DNA of 64,000 nt from Eledone cirrhosa (GCA_964016885.1 OZ024753.1:22072001-22136000), one strand, 5' to 3'; positions 15,001-33,000 are shown, counted from the stretch's first letter. A program made the numbers and translations. Notes: generated by a model not told the origin, from the sequence alone.

Positions 15001-18000
15001 CATTAGTGATGTGGTATATACACCATTAGTGATGTGGTATATACACCATTAGTGATGTGGTATATACACCATTAGTGATGTAGTATATACACCATTAGGG
15101 ATGTGGTATATAAACCAGTAGGGATGTGGTATATACACCATTAGTGATGTGGTATATACACCATTAGTGATGTGGTATAAACACCATTAGTGATGTGATA
15201 TATACACCATTAGTGATGTAGTATATACACCATTAGTGATGTGGTAAATACACCAGTAGTGATGTAGTATATATACCATTAGTGATGTGGTATATACACC
15301 AATTGTGATGTGGTATATACACCATTAATAGTGTGGTATATACACCATTAGGGATGTAGTATATACACAATTAGTGATGTGGTATATACACCATTAGTGA
15401 TGTGCTATATACACCATTAGTGATGTAGTATATACACCATTAGTGATGTGGTGGTATATACACCATTAGTGATGTAGTATATAAACCATTAGTGATGTGG
15501 TATATACACAATCAGTGGTGTGGTATATACACCATTAGTGATGTGGCATATACACCATTAGTGATGTAGTATATACACCATTAGTGATGTGGTATATACA
15601 CCATTAGTGATGTGGTATATACACCATCAGTGATGTGGTATATACACCATTAGTGATGTAGTATATACACCATTAGAGGTGTGGTATATACACCATTATT
15701 GACGTGGTATACACACCATTAGTGATGTGGTATATACACCATTAGTGGTGTGGTATATACACAATTAGTGGTGTGGTATATACACAGTTAGTGGTGTGAT
15801 GGTATATACACCATTAGAACTCCCGTGGTATATACACCATTAGTGATGTGGTATATACACCATTAGTGACGTGGTATATACACCATTAGTGATGTGGTAT
15901 ATACACCATTAGTGGTTTGGTATATACACAGTTAGTGGTGTGATGGTATATACACCATTAGTGGTGGGGTATATACACAATTAGTGATGTGATGGTATAT
16001 ACACCATTATTGGAGTGGTGGTATATACAGCATTAGTGATGTGGTATATACACCATTAGTGATGTGGTATATACACCATTAGTAATGTGGTATATAGGCC
16101 ATTAGTGGTGTGGTATATACACCATTAGTGAATGTGGTATATATGCCATTAGTGATGAAGAATATACACAATTAGTGATGTGGTATATACACCATTAGTG
16201 ATGTGGTATATACACCATTAGTGATGTGGTATATACACCATTAGTGATGTAGTATATACACCATTAGTGATGTGGTATATACACCATTAGTGATGTGGTA
16301 TATACACCATTAGTGATGTAGTATATACACCATTAGTGATGTGGTATATACACCATTAGTGATGTGGTATATACACCATCCAGTGATGTGGTATATACAC
16401 CATTAGTGATGTGGTATAAACCCCATCCAATGATGTGGTATATACGCCATCAATGATGTGGTATATACACCATTAGTGATGTGGTATATACACCATTATT
16501 GATGTGGTATAGACACCATCCAGTGATGTGGTATATACAATATTAGTGATGTGGTGGTATATAAGCCATCCAGTGATGTGGTATTTACACCAATAGTGAT
16601 GTGGTATATACACCATTAGTGATGTGGTATATACACCATTAGTGATGTGGTATATACACCATTAGTGATGTGGTATATCCACCATCAGTGTTGTGGTATA
16701 TGCACCATTAGTGATGTGGTATATACACCATTAATGATGTGGTATATACACCATTAGTTATGTGGTATATACACCATTAGTGATGTGGTATATACACCAT
16801 CCAGTGATGTGGTATATACATCATTAGTGATGTGGTATTAAGACCATCCAATGATGTGGTATGTACACCGTTAGTGATGTGGTATATACACCATTAGTGA
16901 TGTGGTATATACACCATTATTGATGTGGTATATCCATCATCCAGTGATGTGGTATATACAATATTAGTGTTGTGGGGGTATATAAACCATCCAGTGATGT
17001 GGTATATACACCATTAGTGATGTGGTACATATACCATTAGTGATGTGGTATATCCACCATCAGTGTTGTGGTATATGCACCATTAGTGATGTGGTATATA
17101 CACCATTAGTGATGTGGTATATACACACTTAGTGATGTGGTATATACACCATTAGTGATGTGGTATATACACCATTAGTGATGTGGTATATACACCATCA
17201 GTGATGTAGTATATACCCCATTAATGATGTGGTATATACACCATTAGTGGTGTGATGGTATATACACCATTAGTAGTGCGGTGCAATAGACACCGTAAGT
17301 GATATGGTATATACATCATTAATGGTTTGGTATATACACCATTAGTGATATGGTATATACACCATTAGTGATGTGGTATATACACCATTAGTTGTCTGGT
17401 ATATACACAATTAGTGGTGCGATGGTATATACACCATTAGTGATGGTATATACACCATCATTAATGGTCTGGTATATACACCATTAATGATGTGGTATAT
17501 ACACCATTACTGATGTGGTATATACACCATTAGTGAATGTGGTATACACCATCAGTTATGTGGTGGTATATATGCCATTAGCGATGTAGTATATACACCA
17601 TTAGGGATGTGGTATATATACCATTAGTGATGTCGTATATACACCATTAGTGATGTAGTATATACATAATTAGTGATGTTTTATATACACCATTAGTGAT
17701 GTGGTATAAACACCATTAGTGATGTGGTATATACACCTTTAGTGATGTGGTATATACACCATTAGTTATGTGGTATATACACCATTAGTGATGTGGTATA
17801 TACACCATCAGTGATGTGGTATATACACAATTAGTGATGTTATATATACACCATCAGTAATGTGGTTTATACACCATTAGGGATGTGGTATACACACCAT
17901 TAGTGATGTAGTATATTCACCATTAGTGATGTGGTATATAAACCATCAGTGATATGGTGGTATATACACCATAATGATGTGGTATATACTCCATTAGTGA

Positions 18001-21000
18001 TGTGGTATATACACAATTACTGATGTGTTATATACACCATCTGTGATGTGGTATATACACCATTAGTGATGTGGTATACACACCATTAGTGATGTAGTAT
18101 ATACACCATTATTTATGTGGTATATACACCATTAGTTGCGTGGTATATACACCATTAGTGGTGTGGTATATACACCATTAGTGATGTGGTATATAAACCA
18201 TCAGTGATATGGTGGTATATACACCATCAGTGTTGTGGTAAATAAACCAATAGTGATGTGGTATATACACCATCCAGTGATGTGGTATATACACCATTAG
18301 TGATGTGGTATATTCACCATTAGTGATGTGGTATATACACCATTAGTTATGTGGTATATACACCATTAGTGATGTGGTATATACACCATCAGTGATGTGG
18401 TATATACACAATTAGTGATGTGGTATATACACCATCTGTAATGTGGTTTATACACCATTAGGGATGTGGTATACACACCATTAGTGATGTAGTATATTCA
18501 CCATTAGTGATGTGGTATATAAACCATCAGTGATATGGTGGTATATACACCATAAGTGATGTGGTATATACTCCATTAGTGATGTAGTATATACACAATT
18601 ACTGATGTGGTATACACACCATCAGTGATGTGGTATATACACCATTAGTGATGTGGTATACACACCATTAGTGATGTAGTATATACACCATTATTTATGT
18701 GGTATATACACCATTAGTTGCGTGGTATATACACCATTAATGGTGTGGTATATACACCATTAGTGATGTGGTATATAAGCCATCAGTGATATGGTGGTAT
18801 ATACACGATCAGTGTTGTGGTATATACACCATTAGTGATGTGGTATATACACCATCCAGTGATGTGGTATATAACCGTTAGTGATGTGGTATATTAACCA
18901 TTAGTGATGTGGTATATACACCATTAGTGTTGTGGTATATACACCATAAGTGATGTGGTATATCTACCATTAGTGATGTGGTATATACACCATTAGTGAT
19001 GTGGAATATTCACCATTAATGATGTGGTATATATACCATTAGTGATGTGCTATATACACCATAAATGATGTGGTATATATATACCATTAGTGATGTGGTA
19101 TATGCACCATCCAGTTATATGATATATACAGCATTAGTGATGTGGTATATACACCATTAGTGATGTGGTATATACACCATTAGTGATGTGGTATATAAAC
19201 CATCGGTGATGTGGTGGTATATACACCATCAGTGATGTGGTATATACAACATTAGTGATGTGGTATATACACCATTAGAGATTCGGTATATACACCATCA
19301 GTGATGTGGTATATACACCATTAGTGATGTAGTATATACATCATTAGTGATGCAGTATATACACCATTAGTGGTGTGGTATATACACCATCCACTGATGT
19401 GGTATATACACCATTAGTGATGTGGTATATTCACCATTAGTGATGTGGTATATACACCTTTAGTGGCGTGCTATATACACCATAAGTGATGTGCTATATA
19501 CACCATAAGTGATGTGGTATATATACCATTAGTGATGTGGTATATACACCATTAGTGATGTGCAATATACACCATAGGTGATGTGGTATATATACCATTA
19601 GTGATGTACTATATACACCATTAGCGATGTGGTATATACACCATCCAGTGATGTGGTATAAAAACCATCCAGTTATATGGTACATACACCATTAGTGATG
19701 TGGTATATACCCGATTAGTGATGTGGTATATACACCATTAGTGATGTGGTATATAAACCGTCGGTGATGTGGTGGTATGTACACCATCAGTGAAGTGGTA
19801 TATACACCATTAGTCATGTGGTATATACACCATTAGTGATGTACTATATACACCATTAGTCATGTGGTATATACACCATTAGTGATGTGGTATATACACC
19901 ATTAACGATGTGGTATATACACCATCCAGTGATGTGGTATATACACCATTAGTGATGTGGTATATACACCATTAGTGATGTGGTATATACACAATTAGTA
20001 ATGTAGTATATACACCATCAGAGATGAAGTATATACACCATTAGTGATGTGGTATATACACCATTAGTGATGTAGTATATACACAATTAGTGATGTGGTA
20101 TATACACCATCAGTGATGTGGTATATACACCATTAGGGAGGTGGTATACACATCATTAGTGATGTAGTATATACACCGTTATTTGTGTGGTATATATACC
20201 ATTAGTGATGTAGTATATTCACCATTAGTGATGTGGTATATAAACCGTCAGTTATATGGTGGTATATACACCATTAGTGATGTGGTATATACTCCATTAG
20301 TGATGTGGTATATAGACCAATACTGATATGGTATATACACCATTAGTGATGTAGCATATACACAATTAGTGATGTGGTATATACACCATTAGTGATGTGG
20401 TATATACACCATTAGTGATGTGGTATATACACCATTAGTGATGGAGTATATACACCATTAGTGTGTGTTATATACACCATTAGTGATGTGGTATATACAC
20501 CTCAGTTATGTGGTATATACACCATTAGTGATGTGGTATATACACCATTAGCGATGTGGTATATACACCATTAGTGGTGTTGTATATACACCATTAGTGA
20601 TGTGGTATATATGCCATTAGTTATGTGGTATATACACCATTACTGATGTGGTATATACACCATCAGTGATGTGGTATATACACAATTAGTGATGTGGTAT
20701 ATACACCATCAGTAATGTGGTTTATACACCATTAGGGATGTGGTATACACACCATTAGTGATGTAGTATATTCACCATTAGTGATGTGGTATATAAACCA
20801 TCAGTGATATGGTGGTATATACACCATAAGTGATATGGTATATACTCCATTAGTGATGTAGTATATACACAATTACTGATGTGGTATATACACCATCAGT
20901 GATGTGGTATATACACCATTAGTGATGTGGTATACACACCATTAGTGATGTAGTATATACACCATTATTTATGTGGTATATACACCATTAGTTGCGTGGT

Positions 21001-24000
21001 ATATACACCATTAGTGGTGTGGTATATACACCATCCAGTGATGTGGTATATAACCATTAGTGATGTGGTATATTAACCATTAGTGATGTGGTATATACAC
21101 CATTAGTGATGTGGTATATACACCATAAGTGATGTGGTATATCTACCATTAGTGATGTGGTATATACACCATTAGTGATGTGGAATATTCACCATTAATG
21201 ATGTGGTATATACACCATTAGTGATGTGCTATATACACCTTAAATGATGTGGTATATATATATACCATTAGTGATGTGGTATATGCACCATCCAGTTATA
21301 TGATATATACAGCATTAGTGATGTGGTATATACACCATTAGTGATGTGGTATATACACCATTAGTGATGTGGTATATAAACCATCGGTGATGTGGTGGTA
21401 TATACACCATCAGTGATGTGGTATATACAACATTAGTGATGTAGTATATACACCATTAGAGATTCGGTATATACACCATCAGTGATGTGGTATATACACC
21501 ATTAGTGATGTAGTATATACATCATTAGTGATGCAGTATATACACCATTAGTGGTGTGGTATATACACCATCCACTGATGTGGTATATACACCATTAGTG
21601 ATGTGGTATATTCACCATTAGTGATGTGGTATATACACCATTAGTGGCGTGCTATATACACCATAAGTGATGTGCTATATACACCATAATTGATGTGGTA
21701 TATATACCATTAGTGATGTGGTATATACACCATTAGTGATGTGCAATATACACCATAGGTGATGTGGTATATATACCATTAGTGATGTACTATATACACC
21801 TTTAGCGATGTGGTATATACACCATCCAGTGATGTGGTATAAAAACCATCCAGTTATATGGTATATACACCATTAGTGATGTGGTATATACACGATTAGT
21901 GATGTGGTATATACACCATTAGTGATGTGGTATATAAACCGTCGGTGATGTGGTGGTATGTACACCATCAGTGAAGTGGTATATACACCATTAGTCATGT
22001 GGTATATACACCATTAGTGATGTACTATATACACCATTAGTCATGTGGTATATACACCATTAGTGATGTGGTATATACACCATTAGCGATGTGGTATATA
22101 CACCATCCAGTGATGTGGTATATACACCATTAGTGATGTGGTATATACACCATTAGTGATGTGGTATATACACAATTAGTAATGTAGTATATACACCATC
22201 AGAGATGAAGTATATACACCATTAGTGATGTGGTATATACACCATTAGTGATGTAGTATATACACAATTAGTGATGTGGTATATACACCCTCAGTGATGT
22301 GGTATATACACCATTAGGGAAGTGGTATACACATCATTAGTGATGTAGTATATACACCGTTATTTGTGTGGTATATATACCATTAGTGATGTAGTATATT
22401 CAGCATTAGTGATGTGGTATATAAACCGTCAGTTATATGGTGGTATATACACCATTAGTGATGTGGTATATAGACCAATACTGATATGGTATATATACCA
22501 TTAGTGATGTAGCATATACACAATTAGTGATGTGGTATATACACCATTAGTGATGTGGTATATACACCATTAGTGATGTGGTATATACACCATTAGTGAT
22601 GGAGTATATACACCATTAGTGTGTGTTATATACACCATTAGTGATGTGGTATATACACCTTAGTTATGTGGTATATACACCATTAGTGATGTGGTGGTAT
22701 ATACACCATTAGTGATGTGGTATATACACCATTAGCGATCTGGTATATACACCATTAGTGGTGTTGTATATACACCATTAGTGATGTGGTATATATGCCA
22801 TTAGTTATGTGGTATATACACCATTACTGATGTGGTATATACACCATCAGTGATGTGGTATATACAGAATTAGTGATGTGGTATATACACCATCAGTAAT
22901 GTGGTTTATACACCATTAGAGATGTGGTATACACACCATTAGTGATGTAGTATATTCACCATTAGTGATGTGGTATATAAACCATCAGTGATATGGTGGT
23001 ATATACACCATAAGTGATATGGTATATACTCCATTAGTGATGTAGTATATACACAATTACTGATGTGGTATATACACCATCAGTGATGTGGTATATACAC
23101 CATTAGTGATGTGGTATACACACCTTAGTGATGTAGTATATACACCATTATTTATGTGGTATATACACCATTAGTTGCGTGGTATATACACCATTAGTGG
23201 TGTGGTATATACACCATTAGTGATGTGGTATATAAACCATCAGTGATATGGTGGTATATACACGATCAGTGTTGTGGTATATACACCATTAGTGATGTGG
23301 TATATACACCACCCAGTGATGTGGTATATAACCATTAGTGATGTGGTATATTAACCATTAGTGATGTGGTATATACACCATAAGTGATGTGGTATATCTA
23401 CCATTAGTGATGTGGTATATACACCATTAGTGATGTGGAATATTCACCATTAATGATGTGGTATATACACCATTAGTGATGTGCTATATACACCATAAAT
23501 GATGTGGTATATATATACCATTAGTGATGTGGTATATGCACCATCCAGTTATATGATATATACAGCATTAGTGATGTGGTATATACACCATTAGTGATGT
23601 GGTATATACACCATTAGTGATGTGGTATATAAACCATCGGTGATGTGGTGGTATATACACCATCAGTGATGTGGTATATACAACATTAGTGATGTAGTAT
23701 ATACACCATTAGAGATTCGGTATATACACCATCAGTGATGTGGTATATACACCAATAGTGATGTTGTATATACATCATTAGTGATGCAGTATATACACCA
23801 TTAGTGGTGTGGTATATACACCATCCACTGATGTGGTATATACGCCATTAGTGATGTGGTATATTCACCATTAGTGATGTGGTATATACACCATTAGTGG
23901 CGTGCTATATACACCATAAGTGATGTGCTATATACACCATAAGTGATGTGGTATATATACCATTAGTGATGTGGTATATACACCATTAGTGATGTGCAAT

Positions 24001-27000
24001 ATACACCATAGGTGATGTGGTATATATACCATTAGTGATGTACTATATACACCTTTAGCGATGTGGTATATACACCATCCAGTGATGTGGTATAAAAACC
24101 ATCCAGTTATATGGTATATACACCATTAGTGATGTGGTATATACACGATTAGTGATGTGGTATATACACCATTAGTGATGTGGTATATAAACCGTCGGTG
24201 ATGTGGTGGTATGTACACCATCAGTGAAGTGGTATATACACCATTAGTCATGTGGTATATACACCATTAGTGATGTACTATATACACCATTAGTCATGTG
24301 GTATATACACCATTAGTGATGTGGTATATACACCATTAGCGATGTAGTATATACACCATCCAGTGATGTGGTATATACACCATTAGTGATGTGGTATATA
24401 CACCATTAGTGATGTGGTATATACACAATTAGTAATGTAGTATATACACCATCAGAGATGAAGTATATACACCATTAGTGATGTGGTATATACACCATTA
24501 GTGATGTAGTAAATACACAATTAGTGATGTGGTATATACACCATCAGTGATGTGGTATATACAACATTAGGGAAGTGGTATACACATCATTAGTGATGTA
24601 GTATATACACCGTTATTTGTGTGGTATATATACCATTAGTGATGTAGTATATTCACCATTAGTGATGTGGTATATAAACCGTCAGTTATATGGTGGTATA
24701 TACACCATTAGTGATGTGGTATATACTCCATTAGTGATGTGGTATATAGACCAATACTGATATGGTATATACACCATTAGTGATGTAGTATATACACAAT
24801 TAGTGATGTGGTATATATACCATTAGTGATGTGGTATATACACCATTAGTGATGTGGTATATACACCATTAGTGATGGAGTATATACACCATTAGTGTGT
24901 GTTATATACACCATTAGTGATGTGGTATATACACCTTAGTTATGTGGTATATACACCATTAGTGATGTGGTGGTATATACACCATTAGTGATGTGGTATA
25001 TACACCATTAGCGATGTGGTATATACACCATTAGTGGTGTTGTATATACACCATTAGTGATGTGGTATATACGCCATTAGTTATGTGGTATATACACCAT
25101 TACTGATGTGGTATATACACCATCAGTGATGTGGTATATACACAATTAGTGATGTGGTATATACACCATCAGTAATGTGGTTTATACACCATTAGGGATG
25201 TGGTATACACACCATTAGTGATGTAGTATATTCACCATTAGTGATGTGGTATATAAACCATCAGTGATATGGTGGTATATACACCATAAGTGATGTGGTA
25301 TATACTCCATTAGTGATGTAGTATATACACAATTACTGATGTGGTATATACACCATCAGTGATCTGGTATATACACCATTAGTGATGTGGTATACACACC
25401 ATTAGTGATGTAGCATATACACCATTATTTATGTGGTATATACACCATTAGTTGCGTGGTATATACACCATTAGTGGTGTGGTATATACACCATTAGTGA
25501 TGTGGTATATAAACCATCAGTGATATGGTGGTATATACACGATCAGTGTTGTGGTATATACACCATTAGTGATGTGGTATATACACCATCCAGTGATGTG
25601 GTATATAACCATTAGTGATGTGGTATATTAACCATTAGTGATGTGGTATATACACCATTAGTGATGTGGTATATACACCATAAGTGATGTGGTATATCTA
25701 CCATTAGTGATGTGGTATATACACCATTAGTGATGTGGAATATTCACCATTAATGATGTGGTATATACACCATTAGTGATGTGCTATATACACCATAAAT
25801 GATGTGGTATATATATACCATTAGTGATGTGGTATATGCACCATCCAGTTATATGATATATACAGCATTAGTGATGTGGTATATACACCATTAGTGATGT
25901 GGTATATACACCATTAGTGATGTGGTATATAAACCATCGGTGATGTGGTGGTATATACACCATCAGTGATGTGGTATATACACCATTAGTGATGTAGTAT
26001 ATACATCATTAGTGATGCAGTATATACACCATTAGTGGTGTGGTATATACACCATCCACTGTTGTGGTATATACACCATTAGTGATGTGGTATATTCACC
26101 ATTAGTGATGTGGTATATACACCATTAGTGGTGTGCTATATACACCATAAGTGATGTGCTATATACACCATAAGTGATGTGGTATATATACCATTAGTGA
26201 TGTGGTATATACACCATTAGTGATGTGCAATATACACCATAGGTGATGTGGTATATATACCATTAGTGATGTACTATATACACCATTAGCGATGTGGTAT
26301 ATATACCATCCAGTGATGTGGTATAAAAACCATCCAGTTATATGGTATATACACCATTAGTGATGTGGTATATACACGATTAGTGATGTGGTATATACAC
26401 CATTAGTGATGTGGTATATAAACCGTCGGTGATGTGGTGGTATGTACACCATCAGTGAAGTGGTATATACACCATTAGTCATGTGGTATATACACCATTA
26501 GTGATGTACTATATACACCATTAGTCATGTGGTATATACACCATTAGTAATGTGGTATATACACCATAGCGATGTGGTATATACACCATCCAGTGATGTG
26601 GTATATACACCATTAGTGATGTGGTATATACACCATTAGTGATGTGGTATATACACAATTAGTAATGTAGTATATACACCATCAGAGATGAAGTATATAC
26701 ACCATTAGTGATGTGGTATATACACCATTAGTGATGTAGTATATACACAATTAGTGATGTGGTATATACACCATTAGGGAAGTGGTATACACATCATTAG
26801 TGATGTAGTATATACACCGTTATTTGTGTGGTATATATACCATTAGTGATGTAGTATATTCACCATTAGTGATGTGGTATATAAACCGTCAGTTATATGG
26901 TGGTATATACACCATTAGTGATGTGGTATATACTCCATTAGTGATGTGGTATATAGACCAATACTGATATGGTATATACACCATTAGTGATGTAGTATAT

Positions 27001-30000
27001 ACACAATTAGTGATGTGATATATACACCATTTGTGATGTGGTATATACACCATTAGTGATGTGGTATATACACCATTAGTGATGGAGTATATACACCATT
27101 AGTGTGTGTTATATACACCATTAGTGATGTGGTATATACACCTTAGTTATGTGGTAAATACACCATTAGTGATGTGGTGGTATATACATCATTAGTGATG
27201 TGGTATATACACCATTAGCGATGTGGTATATACACCATTAGTGGTGTTGTATATACACCATTAGTGATGTGGTATATACGCCATTAGTTATGTGGTATAT
27301 ACACCATTACTGATGTGGTATATACACCATCAGTGATGTGGTATATACACAATTAGTGATGTGATGGTATGTATATACAGCATTAGTGATATGGTATATA
27401 CACCATTAGTGATGTGGTATATACACCATTAGTAGTGTGGTATATACACAATTAGTAGTGTGATTGTATATACACTATTAGTGATGGTATATACACCATT
27501 ATTGGTGTGGTGGTATATAAACCATTAGTGATGTGATACATACACCATTAGTGATGTGGTATATACACCATTAGTGATGTGGTATATACGTCATTAGTTG
27601 TGTGGTATATACACCATTAGTGAATGTAGTATATATGCCATTAGTGATGTAGTATATACACCATTAGTGTTGTGGTATATACACCATTAGTGATGTGGTA
27701 TATACACCATTAGTGATGTGGAATATACACCATTATTGATGTGTTATATACACCAGTAGTGATGTACTATATACACCATTAAGAATCTGGTATATACACC
27801 ATCCAGTGATGTGTTATATACACCATTAGTGATGTGGTATATAAACCATCCAATGATGTGGATTATACACCATTAGTGATGTCTTATATACACCAATAGT
27901 GATGCGGTATATACACAATTAGTGATGTCGTATATACACCATTAGTGATGTGGTATATACACCATTAGTGATGTGGCATATACACCATTAGTGATGTGGT
28001 ATATACACACCATTACTGATGGAGTATATACACCAACCAGTGATGTGGTATATACACCATTAGTGATGTTGTATATACACCATTAGTGATGTAGTATATA
28101 CACCATTAATGGTGTGGTATATACACCATTAGGGATGTGGTATATACACCATCCAGTGATGTGTTATATACACCATTAGTGATGTGGTATATAAACCATC
28201 CAATGTTGTGGATTATACACCATTAGTGATGTGTTATATACACCAATAGTGATGCGATATATACACAATTAGTGATGTGGTATATACACCATTAGTGGTT
28301 TATACACCATAAGTGACGTGGTATACACACCATTAGTGATGTTGTATATACACCGTCAGTGATATGGTGGTATATACAGCATTAGCGATGTGGTATATAC
28401 ACCATTAGTGATGTAGTATATACACCATTAGCGATGTGGTATATACACCATTAGTGATGTAGTATATACACCATTAGTGATGTGGTATATACACTGTTAG
28501 TGATGTGGTGTATACACCATTAGTGATGTGGTATATACACCATTAGTGATGTAGTATATATGCCATTAGTGATGTGGTATGTACACCAATATTGATGTGG
28601 TATATACACCATCCAGTGATGTGGTATACGCAATTAGTAATGTGGTGGTATATACACCATGAGTGATATGGTTTATACACCATTAGTGATGTGGTGGTAT
28701 ATACACCATTAGTGATGTGGTATATACACCATTAGTGGTCTATACACCATAAGTGACGTGGTATACACACCATTAGTGATGTTGTATATACACCGTCAGT
28801 GATATGGTGGTATATACAGCATTAGCGATGTGGTATATACACCATTAGCGATGCGGCATATACACCATTACTGATGTGGTATATACACCATTAGTTATGT
28901 GGTATTCACACCATTATTGATGTAGTATATACACCATTATTGATGTGGTATATACACCATTAGTGATGTAGTATATTCACCATTAGTGATGTGGTATATA
29001 AACCATCAGTGATATGGTGGTATATACACCACCTGTGTTGTGGTATATACACCATTAGTGATGTAGTATATACACCATTAGTGATGTGGTATATACACCA
29101 TTAGTGATGTGGTATATACACCATTAGTGATGTGGTATATACACCATTAGTGATGTGCTATATAAACCATCCAATGAAGTGGTATATACACCATTTGTGA
29201 TGTGGTATATATACCATTAGTGATGCGGTATATACACCATTAGTGATGTCGTATATACATCATTGGTGATGTGGTATATACACCATTAGTGTTTGAGTAT
29301 ATACACCAACCATTGATGTGGTATATACACAATTAGTGATGTAGTATATACACCATTAGTGATGTAGTATATACACCATTAATGGTGTGGTATATACACC
29401 ATCCAGTGATGTGGTATATACACCATTAGTGATGTGGTATATACACCATTAGTGATATGGCATTTACACCATTAGTGATGTGGTATATACACCATTAGTG
29501 ATGTGGTATATATACCATCAGTGATGTGGTATATACACCATTATGGTGTGGTATATACACCATTTGTGATGTGGTAGTACATACACCATTAGTGACGTGG
29601 TATATACACCATATGTGACGTGGTATATACACCATTAGTGATGTGGTATATACACCATTAGTGGTATGGTATATAAACCATTAATGATGTTGTATATACA
29701 CCATCAGTGATGTGGTGGTATATACAGCATTAGTGATGTGGTATATACACCATTAGTGATGTAGTATATACACCATTAGTGATGTGGTATATACACCGTT
29801 AGTGATGTGGTATATACACCATTTGTGATGTAGTATATACGCCATTAGTAATGTGGTATATACACCATTATTGATGTGGTATATACACCATCCAGTGACG
29901 TTGTATATACACCATTAGTAATGTGGTGGTATATACACCATTAGTGATGTGATATATACACCATTAGTGACGTGATGGTATATACACGATTAGTGGTGAG

Positions 30001-33000
30001 GTATACACACCATTAATGATGTGGTTTAAACACCATTAGTGATGTGGTATATACACCATTCCCGATGAGGTATATACACCATTAGCGATGCGGTATATAC
30101 ACCATTACTGATGTGGTATATACACCATCAGTGATGTGGTATATACACCATTAGTGATGTTGTATACACAGCATTAGTGATGTAGAATATACACATTATT
30201 GATGTGGTATATACACCATTAGTGATGTAGTATATACACCATTATTAATGTGGTATATACACCATTAGGGATGTGGTATATACACCATTAGTGATGTAGT
30301 GTATACACCATTAGTGATGTGGAATATACACCATTAGTGATGTGGTATATACACAATTACTGATGTGGTATATACACCATTAGTGATGTAGTATATACAC
30401 CATTAGTGATGTGGTATATACACCATTAGTCATGTAGTATATACACCAATAGTAATGTGGTATATACACCATTAATGATGTGGTATGTACACCATCCAGT
30501 GATGTGGTATATACACCATTAGTGATGTGGTATGTACACCATTAGTGATGTAGTATATACACCATTAGTGATTCGCTATATACACCATCAGTGATGTGGT
30601 ATTTACAACACTAGTGATGTAGTATATACACCATTAGTGATGTAGTATATACACCATTAGTGGTGTGGTATATAAACCATCCACTGATGTGGTATATACA
30701 CCATTAGTGATGTAGTATTTACACCATTAGTGATGTGGTATATACACCATTAGTGATGTGGTATATACACCATTAGTGATGTGGTACATACACCATTAGT
30801 GATGTGGTATATACACCATAAGTGATGTGGTATATCTACCATTAGTGATGTGGTATATACACCATCCAGTGATATGGTATATACACCATTAGTGATGTGG
30901 TATATACACCATTAGTGATGTGGTATATACACCATTAGTGATGTGGTATATACACCATTAGTTAAGTGGTATATACACCATTAGTGGTGTGATTTGGTAT
31001 ATACACCATCAGTGATGTGGTGGTATATACACCATCAGTGATGTGTTATATAGACCATTAGTGATGTGGTATATACACCATTAGTGATGTGGTATATAAA
31101 CCATCAGTGATGTGCTGGTATATACACCATCAGTGATGTGTTATATACACCATTAGTGATATGGTATATACACCATCAGTGATGTGGTATATACACCATC
31201 CAGTGATGTAGTATATACACCATTAGTGATGTGGTATATACACCATTAGTGATGTGGTATATACACCATTAGTGATGTGGCATATACACCATTAGTGATG
31301 TGGTATACATACCATTAGTGGTGTGGTATATTCACCATTAGCCATGTGGTATATACACTATCAGCGATGTGGTGGTATATACAACATTAGTGATGTAGTA
31401 TATACACCATCAGTGATGTGGTGGTATATACAACATTAGTGATGTGGTATATACACCATTAGTGATGTCGTATATACACCATTAGTGATGTGGTATATAC
31501 ACAATTAGTGATGTGGTATATACACCATTAGTCATGTAGTATATACACAATTAGTGATGTGGTATATACACAATTAGTGATGTGGTATATACACCATTAG
31601 TGATGTAGTATATACACCATTAGTGATGTGGTATATACACCATCAGTGATGTGGTATATAAACCATTAGTGATGTGGTGGTATATACACCATTAGTGATG
31701 TGGTATATACACCATTAGCGATGTGGTATATACACCATTAGTGGTGTGGTATATACACCATTAGTGATGTGGTATATACACCATTAGTTATGTGGTATAT
31801 ACACCATTAGTGATGTGGTATATACACCATCAGTGATGTGGTATATACACAATTAGGGATGTGTTATATACACCAATAGTGATGCGGTATATACACAATT
31901 AGTGATGTCGTATATACACCATTAGTGATGTGGTATATACACCATTAGTGATGTGGCATATACACCATTAGTGATGTGGTATATACACACCATTAGTGAT
32001 GGAGTATATACACCATCCAGTGATGTGGTATATACACCATTAGTGATGTGGCATATGCACCATTAGTGATGTGGTATATACACAATTAGTGATGAGGTAT
32101 ATATACCATCAGTGATGTGGTATATACACCATTATGGTGTGGTATATACACCATTAGTGATGTGGTAGTATATACACCATTAGTGACATGGTATATACAC
32201 CATAGGTGACGTGGTATATACACCATTAGTGATGTGGTATATACACCATTAGTGATGTAGTATATATGCCATTAGTGATGTGGTATATACACCAATATTG
32301 ATGTGGTATATACACCATCTAGTGATGTGGTATACGCAATTAGTAATGTGGTGTTATATACATCATTAGTGATGTGATATATACACCATTAGTGACGTGA
32401 TGGTATATACACCATTAGTGGTGTGGTATATACACCATTAGTGATATGGTTTATACACCATTAGTGATGTGGTGGTATATACACCATTAGTGATGTGGTA
32501 TATACACCATTCGCGATGTGGTATATACACCATTAGCGATGCGGCATATACACCATTACTGATGTGGTATATACACCATCAGTGATGTTGTATATACACC
32601 ATTAGTGATGTGGTATACACACCATTAGTGATGTAGTATATACACCATTATTGATGTGGTATATACACCATTAGTGATGTAGTATATTCACCATTAGTGA
32701 TGTGGTATATACACCATTAGTGATGTGGTATATACACCATTAGTGATGTGGTATATACACCATTAGTGATGTAGTGTATACACCATTAGTGATGTGGTAT
32801 ATACACCATTAGTGATGTGGTATATACACTATTAGTAATGTAGTATATACACCATTAATGGTGTGGTATATACACCATTAGTGATGTGGTATATAAACCA
32901 TCCAAGGAAGTGGTATATCCACCATTAGTGATATGGTATATATACCATTAGTGATGCGGTATACACACCATTAGTGATGTCGTATATACACCATTAGTGA

